DNA from: Oculina patagonica
Taxonomy: Eukaryota
NCBI RefSeq assembly: GCF_052425735.1
Contig: NC_135763.1
Location: 558,001-622,000, forward strand
Reading direction: 5' to 3'
DNA length: 64,000 nt
Shown here: positions 62,654-64,000 of the stretch, piece after piece
Layout: every line of letters begins with the position of its first letter
Numbering within the stretch: the first letter of the stretch is position 1
Program-made: the position numbers and the translations under genes
The notes under the pieces: model-generated
What the model was told of the DNA's origin: nothing
Seen by the model: only the letters and a program-made list of their open reading frames with translations
The model's database searches: none

Positions 62654-62764
62654 CTGTTTATTTTCACAAAAGAACTTCAGACTTCTTGCTTCTTTTTGCT
62701 TCAACAAGTGAAAGACAAAGTGACTACTTTTGTTAAGTTCTCTCCCTTTAATATGCTTATATAT
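62654..62764 (-). promoter_or_regulatory. Probable TATA box and non-coding first exon of the vWFA/TSP1 gene
   Basis: TATATAA at 62763-62757, an Inr-like TCACTT at 62723-62718, a strong donor CAG|GTAAGT at 62654/62653, and a matching acceptor just before the ATG exon (61017). Confidence 0.5.
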
Positions 62765-62948
62765 TTACCTTTAAATTCACGTATCTTGTTGGGCTTAAAT
62801 CACACACAACATTTAATTGCTGGAGAAGGTGGTACGATCTCACAACTTTTAGCTATTTATGTGGGAATTTGGCACGTTTCCCCACATGACGGATTTTCCA
62901 CGCAAGGTTTACTCAAAATTATCTGCGACCAACCAACTGCAAAAAAAG

Positions 62949-63376
62949 CCCGGGGGGGGGGGTACTCCCTATAATGGCCTATACGGGGAGGCTCCGCCCG
63001 AAAGGGGTACCGTTTTCAGGCTTCAGGTATATAAAAGGGTAGGGATTTCACGAGTTTAAGTATATGAAAGGGTATGGAAATCTGTCATTTGGCTATTTAA
63101 AAGGGCCTTTAATTAAAATATTTCGAACAGACACAATTTATGGCTGCATTATTTTAATTTATTAAGCGTTACATAAAAATGACAAGAAAACGTCCTATTT
63201 TAAGTCCACGCCATGTCTCTTAGGTATATGAAAGGGGTACCTTTTATCAGTTAAAGGTATACGAAAGGGGTACAATTTCTGTCAAAAATGGTTTATAAAA
63301 GGGTAAGGGGTTAGAACTTGGGGCGGAGCTTCCCCGTATAAAACTTTTTTGAGTACTCCCCCCCCCCCTCCCCTGG
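62949..63376 (+). mobile_element. MITE family CCCGGGGGGGTACTC, copy 3
   Basis: Full-length homolog of 21291-21703. Confidence 0.9.
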
Positions 63377-64000
63377 AAAAAAAAGCTCCAAGGTTCGATT
63401 TAAAAGCAGCTATATGTACTTGTGCTTGCTTTATTTTTTATTTTCACGTTCAATCTTGGTGTAAATATTACAAGATAACGTACAAAGTGAACGCATCTTT
63501 CAGTAATGACAATTGTGTGGTTTTATTCAATCCAGGAACAATTACGCTGTCCGCCTTTCTGATTTATTTTCACACAATGTCTGATTTTGAAATTTGTCAA
63601 CTGTTAATTAAACACTGTAACATGGGATAACGTTAATTTTTGAGTGACCTAATAGCTTTTCGTAAGCAATACTTAAATTAAGCCTGTTTAGCCTAATCTC
63701 TACCAGTTCAGAGAAGCAATTTAAAAAAAAAACATATGATGCATTTCTGAAAGCAAGGGGATATCTAACCTCTCATGTCCTTTTTCTACTCGTATTTCTA
63801 TGGTATCGTTTCTATGGAGACTGAGGTCTTGCCTGAACATTTATTACACACCAAAGTTCTACAGTTATTTGTGTTCTCACCATAATTTACATGTAATTAT
63901 AATTTGAAAAGGTGTTGACTACTGAACGTGATTTATTGATGAACCTTAACATATTTAATCATACGATATGATAACCTGAGTAACAATGACAATATAACAC

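Overview
This is an AT-rich, intron-containing animal genomic window, most likely from an anthozoan cnidarian (stony coral). That assignment is an inference from the MITE/SINE families and gene content. Nine protein-coding genes were rebuilt by hand from splice sites and reading phase: ZMYND11-like (-, runs off the left edge), Akirin (-), MGME1 (-) head-to-head with an atypical Rab GTPase (+), AMD1/SAMDC (-, 12 exons), a prostanoid-receptor-like GPCR (-), an SLC16/MCT transporter (-, frame broken in exon 1), an intronless PEX16 (-), and a secreted WSC-like/TSP1/vWFA protein (-). Introns and intergenic DNA are dense with non-autonomous DNA transposons, foldback elements, tRNA-derived SINEs, a truncated L1/Tx1-type LINE and Penelope-like remnants. 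The most notable locus is AMD1. It has an unambiguous U12-type AT-AC minor intron, two out-of-frame uORFs overlapping its start, a leaky-looking UGA-CAA stop, and a poly(A) signal directly facing that of the convergent Rab gene. Other points of interest are the Rab catalytic Gln-to-Glu change, a roughly 100-aa C-terminal extension on MGME1, and a candidate ATG-terminated mini-exon in ZMYND11. Three frame disruptions and a garbled poly-T tract may be assembly errors. No CRISPR, rRNA or intact tRNA genes were seen. No database searches were run, so all novelty claims are unverified.
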